DNA from: Archaeoglobus fulgidus DSM 4304
GTDB lineage: Archaea > Halobacteriota > Archaeoglobi > Archaeoglobales > Archaeoglobaceae
NCBI RefSeq assembly: GCF_000008665.1
Contig: NC_000917.1
Coordinates: forward strand, 2,040,001 to 2,072,000
Direction of reading: 5' to 3'
DNA: 32,000 nucleotides
Of this stretch, positions 31,957-32,000 are shown piece after piece. Positions within the stretch are counted from its first letter, which is position 1; each line of letters opens with the position of its first letter. Made by a program: the position numbers and the translations under genes. The notes beneath the pieces are model-generated. The model saw only the letters and a program-made list of their open reading frames with translations. It did no database searches and was not told where the DNA came from.

Positions 31957-32000
31957 CAGAAGTCCCTGCCGGAGATGTCCCTCAGCCTCTTTATACCGTC
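31956..32000 (-). CDS. 3' end of an unidentified upstream gene (14 codons visible)
   Basis: The minus-strand reading ...DGIKRLRDISGRDF* has a TGA that overlaps the ogt ATG (TGATG). It is too short to identify. Confidence 0.3.
   Translation of the reverse strand, partial: DGIKRLRDISGRDF

Noticed and set aside
1-32000. Search by eye for tRNA, rRNA, C/D-box sRNA, CRISPR repeats, IS elements or integrases
   Set aside because: I found no GC-rich structured intergenic segment, no regularly spaced repeats, and no transposase- or integrase-like ORF. The intergenic regions are short and promoter-like. A covariance-model scan would be needed to exclude small RNAs.

Overview
This window reads as chromosomal DNA from a hyperthermophilic euryarchaeon. 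The evidence is K/E-rich proteins, BRE/TATA promoters about 25 nt upstream of start codons, and many 1-4 nt start/stop overlaps. From memory, gene content and order most resemble Archaeoglobus fulgidus; for example, the CDP-alcohol phosphotransferase with an N-terminal cytoplasmic domain resembles AF2299. I could not run a search, so the organism call is unconfirmed.

I support about 41 protein-coding features:
- Family-4 uracil-DNA glycosylase.
- AmmeMemoRadiSam radical-SAM enzyme, with its MEMO-like partner 27 kb away.
- A tandem pair of small DUF131-like membrane proteins.
- Tungsten aldehyde:ferredoxin oxidoreductase.
- The rps13-rps4-rps11-rpoD operon.
- A four-gene isoprenoid operon (mvk-ipk-idi2-GGPP synthase).
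- A histone-deacetylase-family gene broken by a frameshift.
- An AT-rich island encoding a membrane-anchored LamG-like protein.
- An operon of sphingosine-phosphate-lyase-like PLP enzyme, MFS transporter, Zn-ribbon protein and kinase-like protein.
- A CydA/CydA'-type cytochrome bd pair.
- PriS, a CDP-alcohol phosphotransferase, deoxyhypusine synthase and pyruvoyl arginine decarboxylase.
- A split RLAN + RimK-type ATP-grasp pair, and an MNT/HEPN toxin-antitoxin pair with a frameshifted HEPN.
- An operon of MFS, ArsB/NhaD-type permease, GCS2 ligase and YkgJ-like Cys-cluster protein.
- A small wHTH protein coupled to rubrerythrin, a MaoC dehydratase and Ogt.

I saw no rRNA, tRNA, CRISPR array, transposase or integrase by eye.

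The most interesting points:
1. A convergent neighbourhood holds two unrelated amide-bond ligases plus two transporters.
2. A PLP-lyase / MFS / Zn-ribbon / kinase-like operon has no assigned function.
3. Four reading-frame breaks and one conserved N-terminus without a canonical start codon occur within 32 kb.
4. An unannotated 35-aa K/E/Y-repeat ORF has its own promoter.
5. A low-GC island carries a 2TM-LamG protein.
6. Two divergent gene pairs each share one TATA element placed equidistant from both start codons.
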